A stretch of DNA of 56,994 nt, from contig CAYTCJ010000004.1 in assembly GCA_964436545.1 (NCBI GenBank), positions 1-56,994 of the forward strand, written 5' to 3'. The first letter of the stretch is position 1. Each line of letters starts with the position of its first letter. A model generated the notes under the pieces. The model was not told the origin of the DNA. It saw only the letters and a program-made list of their open reading frames with translations, and searched no databases. Source of the DNA: an uncultured Candidatus Saccharibacteria bacterium. Lineage in GTDB: Bacteria; Patescibacteriota; Doudnabacteria; UBA920. Of this stretch, positions 40,664 through 48,568 are shown one piece after another. The translations under genes and the position numbers were made by a program.

Positions 40664-41353
40664 ATGATATCACTTGGTCACAGGCCTTTACATTCTGAAG
40701 TATCTTCGCAAAGAGACATGGGTTTAAATGAAAGTAATAGACAAAATGGCAATGGGGACTATCCAAATCATATTGACAGTTGGAATTTAGATGACTGGGA
40801 AAGCTTTGTTAAAAATCATAGACAAGAATGGATTAGTTATGTGTGTAAATATGGTAATATGCAAACAACAGAAGCAGATGATGTTGTGCAAGAAATGTTG
40901 TTTAGAATTTGGCAGAACAAAGACAAAAACGGTATTACAAATTTAAGACAATATATTTTTTCTTGCTTAAAAAATATTAGTGTAGATAGTAGAAGAGGTA
41001 AGGCTTTAAAAACTGTATCTATAACAGAAAAAAATCATTTAGGATTAACTTTGGCACAAAGTTTGCAGAGTCTGGGGTTAACTTTGGTAGAAAGTTTGGT
41101 GAGTGAAGAGCAAGTAAGAAGGATTCAAGGAATTATTGCCGGGTTGCCTCAGCCATTAAGAGAATCTTTAAATTTATATATTGCTGGAGTATCTGAAAGC
41201 GATGCTGCAAATCAGCTAGGCCTCAGCTCTACTGCATATAAACTTAGAGTTTTTAGAGCAAAAAATATGTTAGAACAAAGATTGCTTGCTCAAGGAGTAA
41301 GATTTGAAAGAGTCAAGCACGCAAAACCCAACAAAAAATTGGCCTTAAAGTAG
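40664..41353 (+). CDS. Sigma-70 family (ECF-type, regions 2 and 4) RNA polymerase sigma factor
   Basis: Region 2-like DDVVQEMLFRIWQN...LRQYIFSCLKNISVDSRR. Region 4 HTH is LPQPLRESLNLYIAGVSESDAANQLGLSSTAYKLRVFRAKNML. The exact start is uncertain. Confidence 0.75.
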   Translation: MISLGHRPLHSEVSSQRDMGLNESNRQNGNGDYPNHIDSWNLDDWESFVKNHRQEWISYVCKYGNMQTTEADDVVQEMLFRIWQNKDKNGITNLRQYIFSCLKNISVDSRRGKALKTVSITEKNHLGLTLAQSLQSLGLTLVESLVSEEQVRRIQGIIAGLPQPLRESLNLYIAGVSESDAANQLGLSSTAYKLRVFRAKNMLEQRLLAQGVRFERVKHAKPNKKLALK

Positions 41354-42325
41354 GCCGATTTTTTGTTTAACTTCTTGTAAGGTTTGGCTGGCAACAACCT
41401 TAGCTTTTTTAGCCCCTGCCATAAGAATTTCTTTTATGGCTTGAGGTTTACTGAGCAGAGCCTGTTTCTTTTCTCTGAACTCGGCAAAATGGTTGGCAAT
41501 ATTTTTGGCCAAAGTTTCTTTTAGTTCACTGTATTTAAGGGTTTGGGTTTTTTGGGCTTCGTGGAAATAGTTTATTTCATCGGCACTTCCGAAATGGTTA
41601 AGTAAGCTAAGTAAGTTTTCTTCGCCCGGAGATTTTTGTCCGGCTTCGGTGGCAGTCGTAGCCTTTTTGAGTTTACGGAAGATTTCTTCGGGCGTGTCGT
41701 CCAAATTTAACGCTTCGTCTCCTGTTTTACTCATTTTTTTGGTCGGGTCAGTTAAACTCATTATTCGCAAAGGTTTTTGTAAATAAGATTGGGGTTCAAG
41801 AAAGGTTTGGCCAAATTGGTAATTAAATTTTCTGGCAATCACCCGAGCCAGTTCAACGTGTTGGATTTGGTCTTCACCAATGGGGATAGCGCTGGGTTTG
41901 TAGAGTAAAATATCCGCAGCCATAAGACAGGGGTAGGTTAACAGACCGGCGTTAATATTTTTTTCGTGTTGTTGAGCTTTATCTTTAAATTGCGTCATGC
42001 GTTCCAATTCTCCTAGAGGAGTGATGCAATTAAAAATCCACGCCAATTCCGAATGTTCGTGCACGTGGTTTTGGGCAAAAAAAGTGATTTTAGCGGGATC
42101 AATTCCCAAAGCCAAATAGGTGCCGGCAATGTCCAGAGTATGCTCAGCTAACTCACCCGAAGTAATTGGGGTGGTTAAGCCGTGCAGGTCGGCAATAAAG
42201 TAAAAGCATGAATTATTGGGGTTATTTTGGCTTTCTAACAGTTGTTTAACCAAGCCCAAATAATGGCCAATGTGTAATTTGCCCGAAGCTCTAATACCTG
42301 CCACTAAAGTAGTAAGATTGTGCAT
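41345..42325 (-). CDS. trpS: Tryptophan--tRNA ligase
   Basis: 326 aa. HIGH motif (GKLHIGHYLG), KMSKS motif (KKMSKT), and size and layout typical of class Ic TrpRS. Confidence 0.9.
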   Translation of the reverse strand: MHNLTTLVAGIRASGKLHIGHYLGLVKQLLESQNNPNNSCFYFIADLHGLTTPITSGELAEHTLDIAGTYLALGIDPAKITFFAQNHVHEHSELAWIFNCITPLGELERMTQFKDKAQQHEKNINAGLLTYPCLMAADILLYKPSAIPIGEDQIQHVELARVIARKFNYQFGQTFLEPQSYLQKPLRIMSLTDPTKKMSKTGDEALNLDDTPEEIFRKLKKATTATEAGQKSPGEENLLSLLNHFGSADEINYFHEAQKTQTLKYSELKETLAKNIANHFAEFREKKQALLSKPQAIKEILMAGAKKAKVVASQTLQEVKQKIGLL

Positions 42326-42371
42326 ATGAGTTATTATAGCAAAACTAAAATTTTTATGCTAAAATTTTTGT

Positions 42372-43856
42372 ATGGAAATTAGCCGAAGAAACTTACTAGC
42401 CGGAAGTGCTATGACAGTTGGAGCTGTTGGGTTAGGAGTGGGTGAATACAAGTTGGAAAAAAGTATTGCTGAACGTTCGGAGAGAGTAAAAAATATAGCT
42501 AATTTTTTTAGAGGGAAAGAAACCAGAGCCACCTTGAAAATTTTTAATAGAGAACTAAACTACGAAGCTTTAGCCAAAATTTTACAGACCGCGGTAATAC
42601 CGCCCATAAAAACTCTAACGCAAACAAAAGAGTTAATGTTTGCCTTTGCCGATATGATAGAAGTGGAAGATAAGTTTGATAAGCCTTACAATAGTGCGCC
42701 AGTGTTAGAACAAACCGACCAAGCAGTAGAGGCTGTTGTCCAGAGAAATGTGCCGATTACCGCTTCATTTGGTTATTCGCAAATAAACCCATTTACTGCT
42801 CTGCGCTTGGCCTCTGCCAATAAAGTTAGTTTAGATAAAGAGTTTGCAAACCTATCAGGGCAATTACAAAAATTTCAAGGTCGTTCGGCAGAAAAAATTT
42901 TAGATAAAGAAATTGTAGAGGCTTTGGATTTAAGCGGAAATGGTAATTTGGTTTTTGGGTTTCAGGCCTTCTACGAAGTTTATAATATTTACGGCCGAGA
43001 CGCCCAAGGTAATTTGCATACTAATCGTCAAGAAGATCCTCGGGTATTTAGTTTGGCTGTAGCCGGTTATAGTGGCACACCATTAACTCCCATCACGGCT
43101 AAAATTCAAGCCATGACGCGCGAGGCAAGCCTGTATCGTCACTTAAATAATTCAGGCAGTGCTACCAACCTCTTGTCGGTTGATGGTGCATTAGGCAAGC
43201 AGACTAAAACAGCAGTCTTAGAGGAGTTTTCAGACGGAATTCAAACCCAAATGGCACAGTTTGACCAAGCTCGGGGTTTAGAAGCTAAATTATTAGCGTG
43301 GGAAGGTGTATGTAAGGCGGTTAAAACCGAATGGCAACAAAAATTTACCGATTTACTAACAGAGCTCCGGAGATCTAAAGATCCGGAAGTGATTGCGCTT
43401 TTATTAGCTGGTCGTTATAGTGCCATAAATTCTTTAGACGGTTTACTTAACCAATATGCCGGGGAATATACGGGTATAGAGAAGACACAGAAATTAGCTA
43501 AAATTAAAGAGATGTATGAAGCCTTTTTTGTCAGCCGAGATCCCGCTTTGTTAAATTTAGTAAGAAACGAACAAGCTTTTAACCAAGTATTTCCAGAATA
43601 TTACCATTCGGAATTTTTAGATGCTGTATTAAATCTGTTAGAGGGTTCGGTGAAGTTTGATAATCGCTATAAAGGTGTAATTCCCACCGGTTTTGTTAAA
43701 AGATGGCCTGCCGATGATGTAAATATTGCCAGACGAGTCGCCTTGGGACATAAAATCAAAGATGCTAATGAAGTGGTTAAAATTTTACCCAAAACCCCGG
43801 TTAGGCCAAAAACCCCGCCTAGAAATAATCGTAAAAGAACTAGAGGTAAAAAATAA
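42372..43856 (+). CDS. Hypothetical secreted protein with a twin-arginine-like signal and a peptidoglycan-binding-like motif
   Basis: 494 aa. N-terminus EISRRNLLAGSAMTVGAVGLG. VDGALGKQTKTAVLEEF resembles the PG_binding_1 core. Basic C-terminal tail. Confidence 0.6.
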   Translation: MEISRRNLLAGSAMTVGAVGLGVGEYKLEKSIAERSERVKNIANFFRGKETRATLKIFNRELNYEALAKILQTAVIPPIKTLTQTKELMFAFADMIEVEDKFDKPYNSAPVLEQTDQAVEAVVQRNVPITASFGYSQINPFTALRLASANKVSLDKEFANLSGQLQKFQGRSAEKILDKEIVEALDLSGNGNLVFGFQAFYEVYNIYGRDAQGNLHTNRQEDPRVFSLAVAGYSGTPLTPITAKIQAMTREASLYRHLNNSGSATNLLSVDGALGKQTKTAVLEEFSDGIQTQMAQFDQARGLEAKLLAWEGVCKAVKTEWQQKFTDLLTELRRSKDPEVIALLLAGRYSAINSLDGLLNQYAGEYTGIEKTQKLAKIKEMYEAFFVSRDPALLNLVRNEQAFNQVFPEYYHSEFLDAVLNLLEGSVKFDNRYKGVIPTGFVKRWPADDVNIARRVALGHKIKDANEVVKILPKTPVRPKTPPRNNRKRTRGKK

Positions 43857-43890
43857 TCCCTCCGATGTTATCGGAGGGATTATTTTTAAA
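43853..43890. terminator. Bidirectional terminator between convergent genes
   Basis: AATAATCCCTCCGAT-GTT-ATCGGAGGGATTATT with flanking A and T runs. Confidence 0.6.
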
Positions 43891-45775
43891 TTTCTATAAT
43901 TACCGGTAAAACCATAGGACGTCTTTCGGTTTGCCTGTACAGGTATTCACCCACTTCGTCGCGAATAATGTTTCTCAGGTAAGCCCAGTTGGGTTCCAGT
44001 TTTTCTTTACCTTTGCTTTCCACTAATTTTCTTACTTCGTGTTTAACTTCGCGAATTAAATCGTCGTTGCCTTTCATGTAAATGAAGCCTCTAGAAATAA
44101 TGTCGGGTTGGTTAATAATTTTTCCACTGCGTCTGTCCAGAGTAAGAATAATTACAAACATCCCGTCTTGCGCCATAACTTGTCTATCTCTAATAACCAC
44201 TTCGCCGACATCGCCAATGCCTAGGCCATCTATAAATACATAACCTGAGGTTACGCTGGCGTCTTCCACGACCTTGGCTTCACGGGCGGAGTTGACTTCC
44301 AAAATTTGTCCGTTGTCCAGAGAAAAAATATTACTGTCCGCAATGCCCATAGTTTTGGCTAAGTTCGCATGCGTTACAATCATGTGGTGTTCGCCGTGAA
44401 TGGGCATAAAGTATTTCGGTTTAACTAACGCCATCATGAGCTTAAGTTCTTCTTGGTGAGCGTGTCCGGAAGTATGAATGTCTAAAGTCTTATTATAAAC
44501 TACGTCTGCTCCCAAACGAGTTAAGTTAGACAAAACCGCTGCCACACTGCGTTCATTGCCCGGAATGGGCGTGGCGGAAACAATGGCCGTGTCACCCTTT
44601 TTGATTTTTACGGTTTTATGGTCGCCTCTGGCCATACGAGCCAAACCGGCCGCGTCTTCACCTTGACTGCCGGTAGTCAAAATCACAATTTGATTGTCCG
44701 GGTATTTTTTGGCTTGTTCGCTTTTAATGACAATTTTAGGTTGGATTTTTAAATAACCTAACGACAAAGCAATTTCGATATTATTCACTAAGGACCTGCC
44801 GGTAACAATAATTTTGCGGTTGTATTTAGCTGCGCTATCGAAGACTTGTTGCACCCGAGAAATGTTAGTGGAGAAAGTGGCAAAAATAATTCTGCCTTTA
44901 ATGTCGCTAAATAAGCGGTCAATGGTATTACCTAATTCTCGCTCTGACATACAATAACCCGGCTTTACCGCATTGGTAGAGTCGGACATTAACAGCAAAA
45001 CGCCTTCCGAGGCAAATTTGGCAATTTTTTGGAATTCCGAAGGTTTGCCATCGGCCGGGGTGTGGTCAAATTTCCAGTCCGTGGCATAAATAATTTGTCC
45101 AACCGGAGTGGTAATAGACAAACCAATGGAATCGGGAATGTTATGGTTAAGTCGGAAAAATCGGACTTTAAAATTACCCAAAGCCAAACTTTCGTCTATG
45201 GTAAAAGTGTTAATTTTACTGCGTTCCATAATGCCGAATTCTTCCAAACGTTTTTTGATGAAGCCGGCAGTAAGGGGCATGGTATAAACTGGGGGATCGC
45301 CAATTTTGGGTAAAATGTAGGGAATGGCGCCAATGTGGTCTAAGTGACCATGGGTAATGAGCACGCCACGGATGCGTTTTTTATTTTGTTCCAACCATTT
45401 AGTGTCGGGAATAATATAGTCAATCCCGGGCATGGTTTCGTCTGGGAAAGCCAAACCCATATCTATCACAATTAAATCATCACCATACTCTAACACCGTC
45501 ATGTTTTCTCCGACTTCTTCTACGCCTCCCATTGGGATAATGCGTAAGTTTTGTCTGGAAGCCGTGTAGTTGCTGGTGGTGGGTAAGGTGGAAGTTGGCG
45601 TAGTTGGGGTGGAGCCGGTATAGTTTACGGCTCGGTTAATGGCAACATCTAACTTGTCTTCTTTTTTGGACGAAAAAATGCCAATGGGTTTTTGGCCAAA
45701 TTTTTGTCCGCCAGGCCGATTTTGAGGCCTGAAGCTGTTTTTTTTCATCATGAAATACTTAAATCCTTTGCCCAA
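43886..45775 (-). CDS. rnj: Ribonuclease J (metallo-beta-lactamase / beta-CASP) with a low-complexity N-terminal extension
   Basis: 629 aa. ITHGHLDHIG motif, the beta-CASP region, and an RNase J C-terminal domain layout. Confidence 0.85.
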   Translation of the reverse strand: MGKGFKYFMMKKNSFRPQNRPGGQKFGQKPIGIFSSKKEDKLDVAINRAVNYTGSTPTTPTSTLPTTSNYTASRQNLRIIPMGGVEEVGENMTVLEYGDDLIVIDMGLAFPDETMPGIDYIIPDTKWLEQNKKRIRGVLITHGHLDHIGAIPYILPKIGDPPVYTMPLTAGFIKKRLEEFGIMERSKINTFTIDESLALGNFKVRFFRLNHNIPDSIGLSITTPVGQIIYATDWKFDHTPADGKPSEFQKIAKFASEGVLLLMSDSTNAVKPGYCMSERELGNTIDRLFSDIKGRIIFATFSTNISRVQQVFDSAAKYNRKIIVTGRSLVNNIEIALSLGYLKIQPKIVIKSEQAKKYPDNQIVILTTGSQGEDAAGLARMARGDHKTVKIKKGDTAIVSATPIPGNERSVAAVLSNLTRLGADVVYNKTLDIHTSGHAHQEELKLMMALVKPKYFMPIHGEHHMIVTHANLAKTMGIADSNIFSLDNGQILEVNSAREAKVVEDASVTSGYVFIDGLGIGDVGEVVIRDRQVMAQDGMFVIILTLDRRSGKIINQPDIISRGFIYMKGNDDLIREVKHEVRKLVESKGKEKLEPNWAYLRNIIRDEVGEYLYRQTERRPMVLPVIIEI

Positions 45776-46003
45776 GCATAAAACGCTTTTGGGCTTAATA
45801 TTAAATTTTGCTAGATCACTAATTTTTTTAAGTGGCTTCCACAGCCGACCTAAGAAAAATTAAATTTTATAGCTTCTATATATTATAGCAGACTCCAGCT
45901 TTTTTGTCCAATTATTTTACCAATTAACTCTTATTTACGCTGAAATTTAAATATTACCTTGAAAAGTGTAAAAATGATTGCCTGTGAAATTAGGAAAATA
46001 TTG

Positions 46004-46112
46004 TGGTGCTCGAGGAGGGACTTGAACCCTCACGAGCTTGCGCTCATACGCACCTGCCTGTCCGCTATAGTCCCTTTGGGACGAAGGCGGAAAGCGTACG
46101 CTTGCCCCGCAC
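46004..46112 (-). other. tRNA-like element: canonical T-arm + acceptor 3' strand + encoded CCA, preceded by non-tRNA hairpins (not a foldable cloverleaf)
   Basis: The minus strand ends ...ATGAGC-GCAA-GCTCGT GAGGG-TTCAAGT-CCCTC CTCGAGC A CCA. Upstream are hairpins GTCCC-AAA-GGGAC and GCGGGG...UUCCGC. I could not place a D-arm, an anticodon arm or a 5' acceptor strand. Confidence 0.3.
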
Positions 46113-46124
46113 TACTCATTAAAT

Positions 46125-46211
46125 TGGTGGGCACGAGAGGATTTGAACCTCCACGGGATTTCTCCCACACGTACCTGAAACGTGCGCGTATGCCAGTTCC
46201 GCCACGTGCCC
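46125..46211 (-). tRNA. tRNA-Leu (anticodon CAG), type II with long variable arm, CCA encoded
   Basis: Manual fold, 87 nt. Acceptor GGGCACG/CGTGCCC; D-arm GCG-GAACTGGCATA-CGC; anticodon arm CACGT-TTCAGGT-ACGTG; variable hairpin GGGA-GAAA-TCCC; T-arm GGAGG-TTCAAAT-CCTCT; ACCA. Confidence 0.85.
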
Positions 46212-46246
46212 AAAATATAATTTAATTGTAGAATCAGAAAGTACAA

Positions 46247-46283
46247 TGGTGCGGGGTGAATATGCCAATTCCACCACTTGAGC
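46247..46283 (-). pseudogene. 37-nt tRNA fragment: type-II-like 5' acceptor + D-arm fused to a tRNA 3' terminus
   Basis: The minus strand reads GCTCAAG TG GTGGAATTGGCATA TTCA CCCCGCACCA. The D region is 15/17 identical to that of the neighbouring tRNA-Leu. No anticodon arm or T-arm. Confidence 0.4.
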
Positions 46284-46390
46284 AGGAAGATAATGAATAT
46301 AGAATTATGTAGTATGAATCATGAATTATAATTCAGAAACAATTTGAAAAAAAATTAAAATTCTTATTTCTAAGCTCTTAACTCATTACT

Positions 46391-48136
46391 CTACTTCAAC
46401 ACCCGGGTTTCGTTTATATACCAATTTGGGGTATCGAAGAATCGGGAAGCAGTATCGAATAATTGCTTAAAGTTAACTCCCTTTAGAGTTTTGTGCATTA
46501 CGTAAGCATAATTGGTGTGAGCTAAAAAGAGAATCGGGGCTTGTTCTTTAATGAGCTGGTCTAACTGAGCGTATTTTTCCAGACGTAAGGTTTGATTGGT
46601 GGAAGCATGAGCAGAAGTTAACAGTTTATCGGTTTCCGGATTATCAAAACCGCTTAAGTTGAGTCCGGGGAAATTTTTTTGCGAGGAATGTAAAAAACCA
46701 AAGGGATCGGGGTCGGGGCCGAATTTTTGTCCGTAGACCAACAAATCGAAGTTTCGGGTTTTTATAACTTCGTCCGTGAGCTGTTTGCTCGGCAGGGCAT
46801 TTACCGTTGTTTTAATGCCAAACGCCGTATAGGCTGAGGCAATGAGTTCACCGGCTTTTTGGTTGGGATAAAAATCATTAGTAAAAAGTTTGAGTTCCAA
46901 GGCTTTTTGGTTTTTCTGCCATTGGCCGGTGGCGACATCTTTACTATAACCGGCAGAAAGGAGTAGGTTGTTAATTTGTTCTAAAGTATTCGGCGCAGTA
47001 GTGGATTTGGTGTGGGTGTAAAAATTTAAAAACGAATCGGTTAAGGTGGCTTTATTGGCCCAGGCCTGATTAATCAGTTCAGTGGTGGGGGTGATGCCGG
47101 CTAAAGCCAAACGAATTTTACGTTCGGCCAACACCGGATTTTTAAAATTAAAGAATAGCACTTGAAATTGCGGAGTGGGTAAATTAAGGGTGGTATAACT
47201 ATCTTTTTTAAAAGCCAACCCCACTTCGTTTTCAAAAGGCGTATAGCCAAAAGTTTGAATTTGTTCGCTTTTTAGCGCATTGGCAATGTCCGTCTCGGTA
47301 TCGTAAAATTTAGCAATAAAATTTTCAATTTTGGGTTCACCGCCATGATATTTGGCAAACGCGGTAAAGCTAATGGCTTGGATTTTGCCACTAGGCAGTT
47401 TTTTAATTTCTTGAATCCGGTAAGGTCCGCTTCCAATGGGTTTTAAATTTAAATCGGAAATGGCAAAGGCATTGGCCGGTACTTTTTTCCATAAATTTTG
47501 GGGCAATATCGGCACCGTAAGATTATGCACAAAGGGTCCGGAAATTTCTTTAGTGGTAAATTTTAGCGTGGTATCGTTAAGTTTTTCTACGGTAGTGGAA
47601 TTCCAGCTGGCTTTGAGCGGACTTTTAACTTCCGGGTTTTTTAGGTTAGAGATAGTAAAGATGACATCGTCGGCGGAGAATTTCTTTCCGTTATGCCATT
47701 GGACATTGGCTTTTAATTTAATGGTATATTGTTTTTGGTCTTCGGAAATTTCGGGTAAACTTTCGGCCAAATCCGGTTCCAGGTTTCCTTGAGCATCGTA
47801 TTTGTAAAGTCCGGAGTAGATTAAGTGGTTTAAGGCAGTGTCAATATTAGAAAAAGCCAACACCGGGTTTAAATATACCGGTTGCCCTAAAAAGCCTTCG
47901 GTAAGAGTTCCACCAAAACCGGGCGCCGGAGTGGTAATGGCTTGGTAGGTATTTTTAATGCTCCACACTAAAGACAATAAAATAATACTTAAGAGCCCCA
48001 CCAAGAGAGTTTTTTCGGTTTTTCCCATTAATGAAAAAACTTTCCTCAGTAAGGAAAAGTTTAGGGTTTTGAGGTTGGTATAAGCGGTTTTTAGCTTACC
48101 GAACCCCTGAAGAAAAATTTTAAGCAAGTTTTTCAT
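46391..48136 (-). CDS. ABC-transporter substrate-binding protein, family 5 (peptide/nickel, OppA/DppA-like), membrane-anchored
   Basis: 581 aa. N-terminal TM anchor and an overall SBP_bac_5-like pattern (GGTLTEG..GQP..LNP, W.NG..F.A.DV.F). No permease or ATPase genes are adjacent. Confidence 0.75.
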   Translation of the reverse strand: MKNLLKIFLQGFGKLKTAYTNLKTLNFSLLRKVFSLMGKTEKTLLVGLLSIILLSLVWSIKNTYQAITTPAPGFGGTLTEGFLGQPVYLNPVLAFSNIDTALNHLIYSGLYKYDAQGNLEPDLAESLPEISEDQKQYTIKLKANVQWHNGKKFSADDVIFTISNLKNPEVKSPLKASWNSTTVEKLNDTTLKFTTKEISGPFVHNLTVPILPQNLWKKVPANAFAISDLNLKPIGSGPYRIQEIKKLPSGKIQAISFTAFAKYHGGEPKIENFIAKFYDTETDIANALKSEQIQTFGYTPFENEVGLAFKKDSYTTLNLPTPQFQVLFFNFKNPVLAERKIRLALAGITPTTELINQAWANKATLTDSFLNFYTHTKSTTAPNTLEQINNLLLSAGYSKDVATGQWQKNQKALELKLFTNDFYPNQKAGELIASAYTAFGIKTTVNALPSKQLTDEVIKTRNFDLLVYGQKFGPDPDPFGFLHSSQKNFPGLNLSGFDNPETDKLLTSAHASTNQTLRLEKYAQLDQLIKEQAPILFLAHTNYAYVMHKTLKGVNFKQLFDTASRFFDTPNWYINETRVLK

Positions 48137-48179
48137 AACTTCATAACCATGACCACGAGTACCGGAGTTAAGTGGTTGA

Positions 48180-48401
48180 TTATGCTTTAATAAACAAAAA
48201 ACTTAAATTAATGACAATGAATAAGAAGCCAAAAATTATGGTGGCGTAAAATAACCATTTTTCAAAGCCTCGGCGAGTAGCTACTACACTGCCGGCCCCG
48301 CCAAATACATTCCCCAAACCCGAGGATTTGCTTTGCAAAGTGATAATAATAATTAACAATACCATTACCACAATGTTAATAAATTGGAGAATTTGTCGCA
48401 T
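48180..48401 (-). CDS. secG: Preprotein translocase subunit SecG
   Basis: 73 aa with two TM helices flanking LQSKSSGLGNVFGGAG, the typical SecG Gly-rich loop. Confidence 0.75.
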   Translation of the reverse strand: MRQILQFINIVVMVLLIIIITLQSKSSGLGNVFGGAGSVVATRRGFEKWLFYATIIFGFLFIVINLSFLFIKA

Positions 48402-48568
48402 ATTTGAAAGAAAAAAATTAGTTGATCGAAATAAATTTACTTGTTTATTATAGAGAAGAAATAGCTTTTGGTCAAGGAAGTAAGGTAATATGAATTACCA
48501 AGTATGAATTAGGAATTATGTTTGTTATGTCTCAAAGCTTTTATCCGGTTGTATGGTTTTAAGTTAAT

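Noticed and set aside
46004-46112. tmRNA (ssrA) 3' domain as an explanation for the orphan T-arm/ACCA element
   Set aside because: The acceptor would carry U3-A70 rather than the G3-U70 alanine identity pair. No 5' GGGG... partner and no tag-peptide reading frame are visible nearby.
45959-46225. 88-aa plus-strand ORF
   Set aside because: It runs antisense across tRNA-Leu and the tRNA-like element. The translation is an artefact of the GC-rich tRNA sequence.
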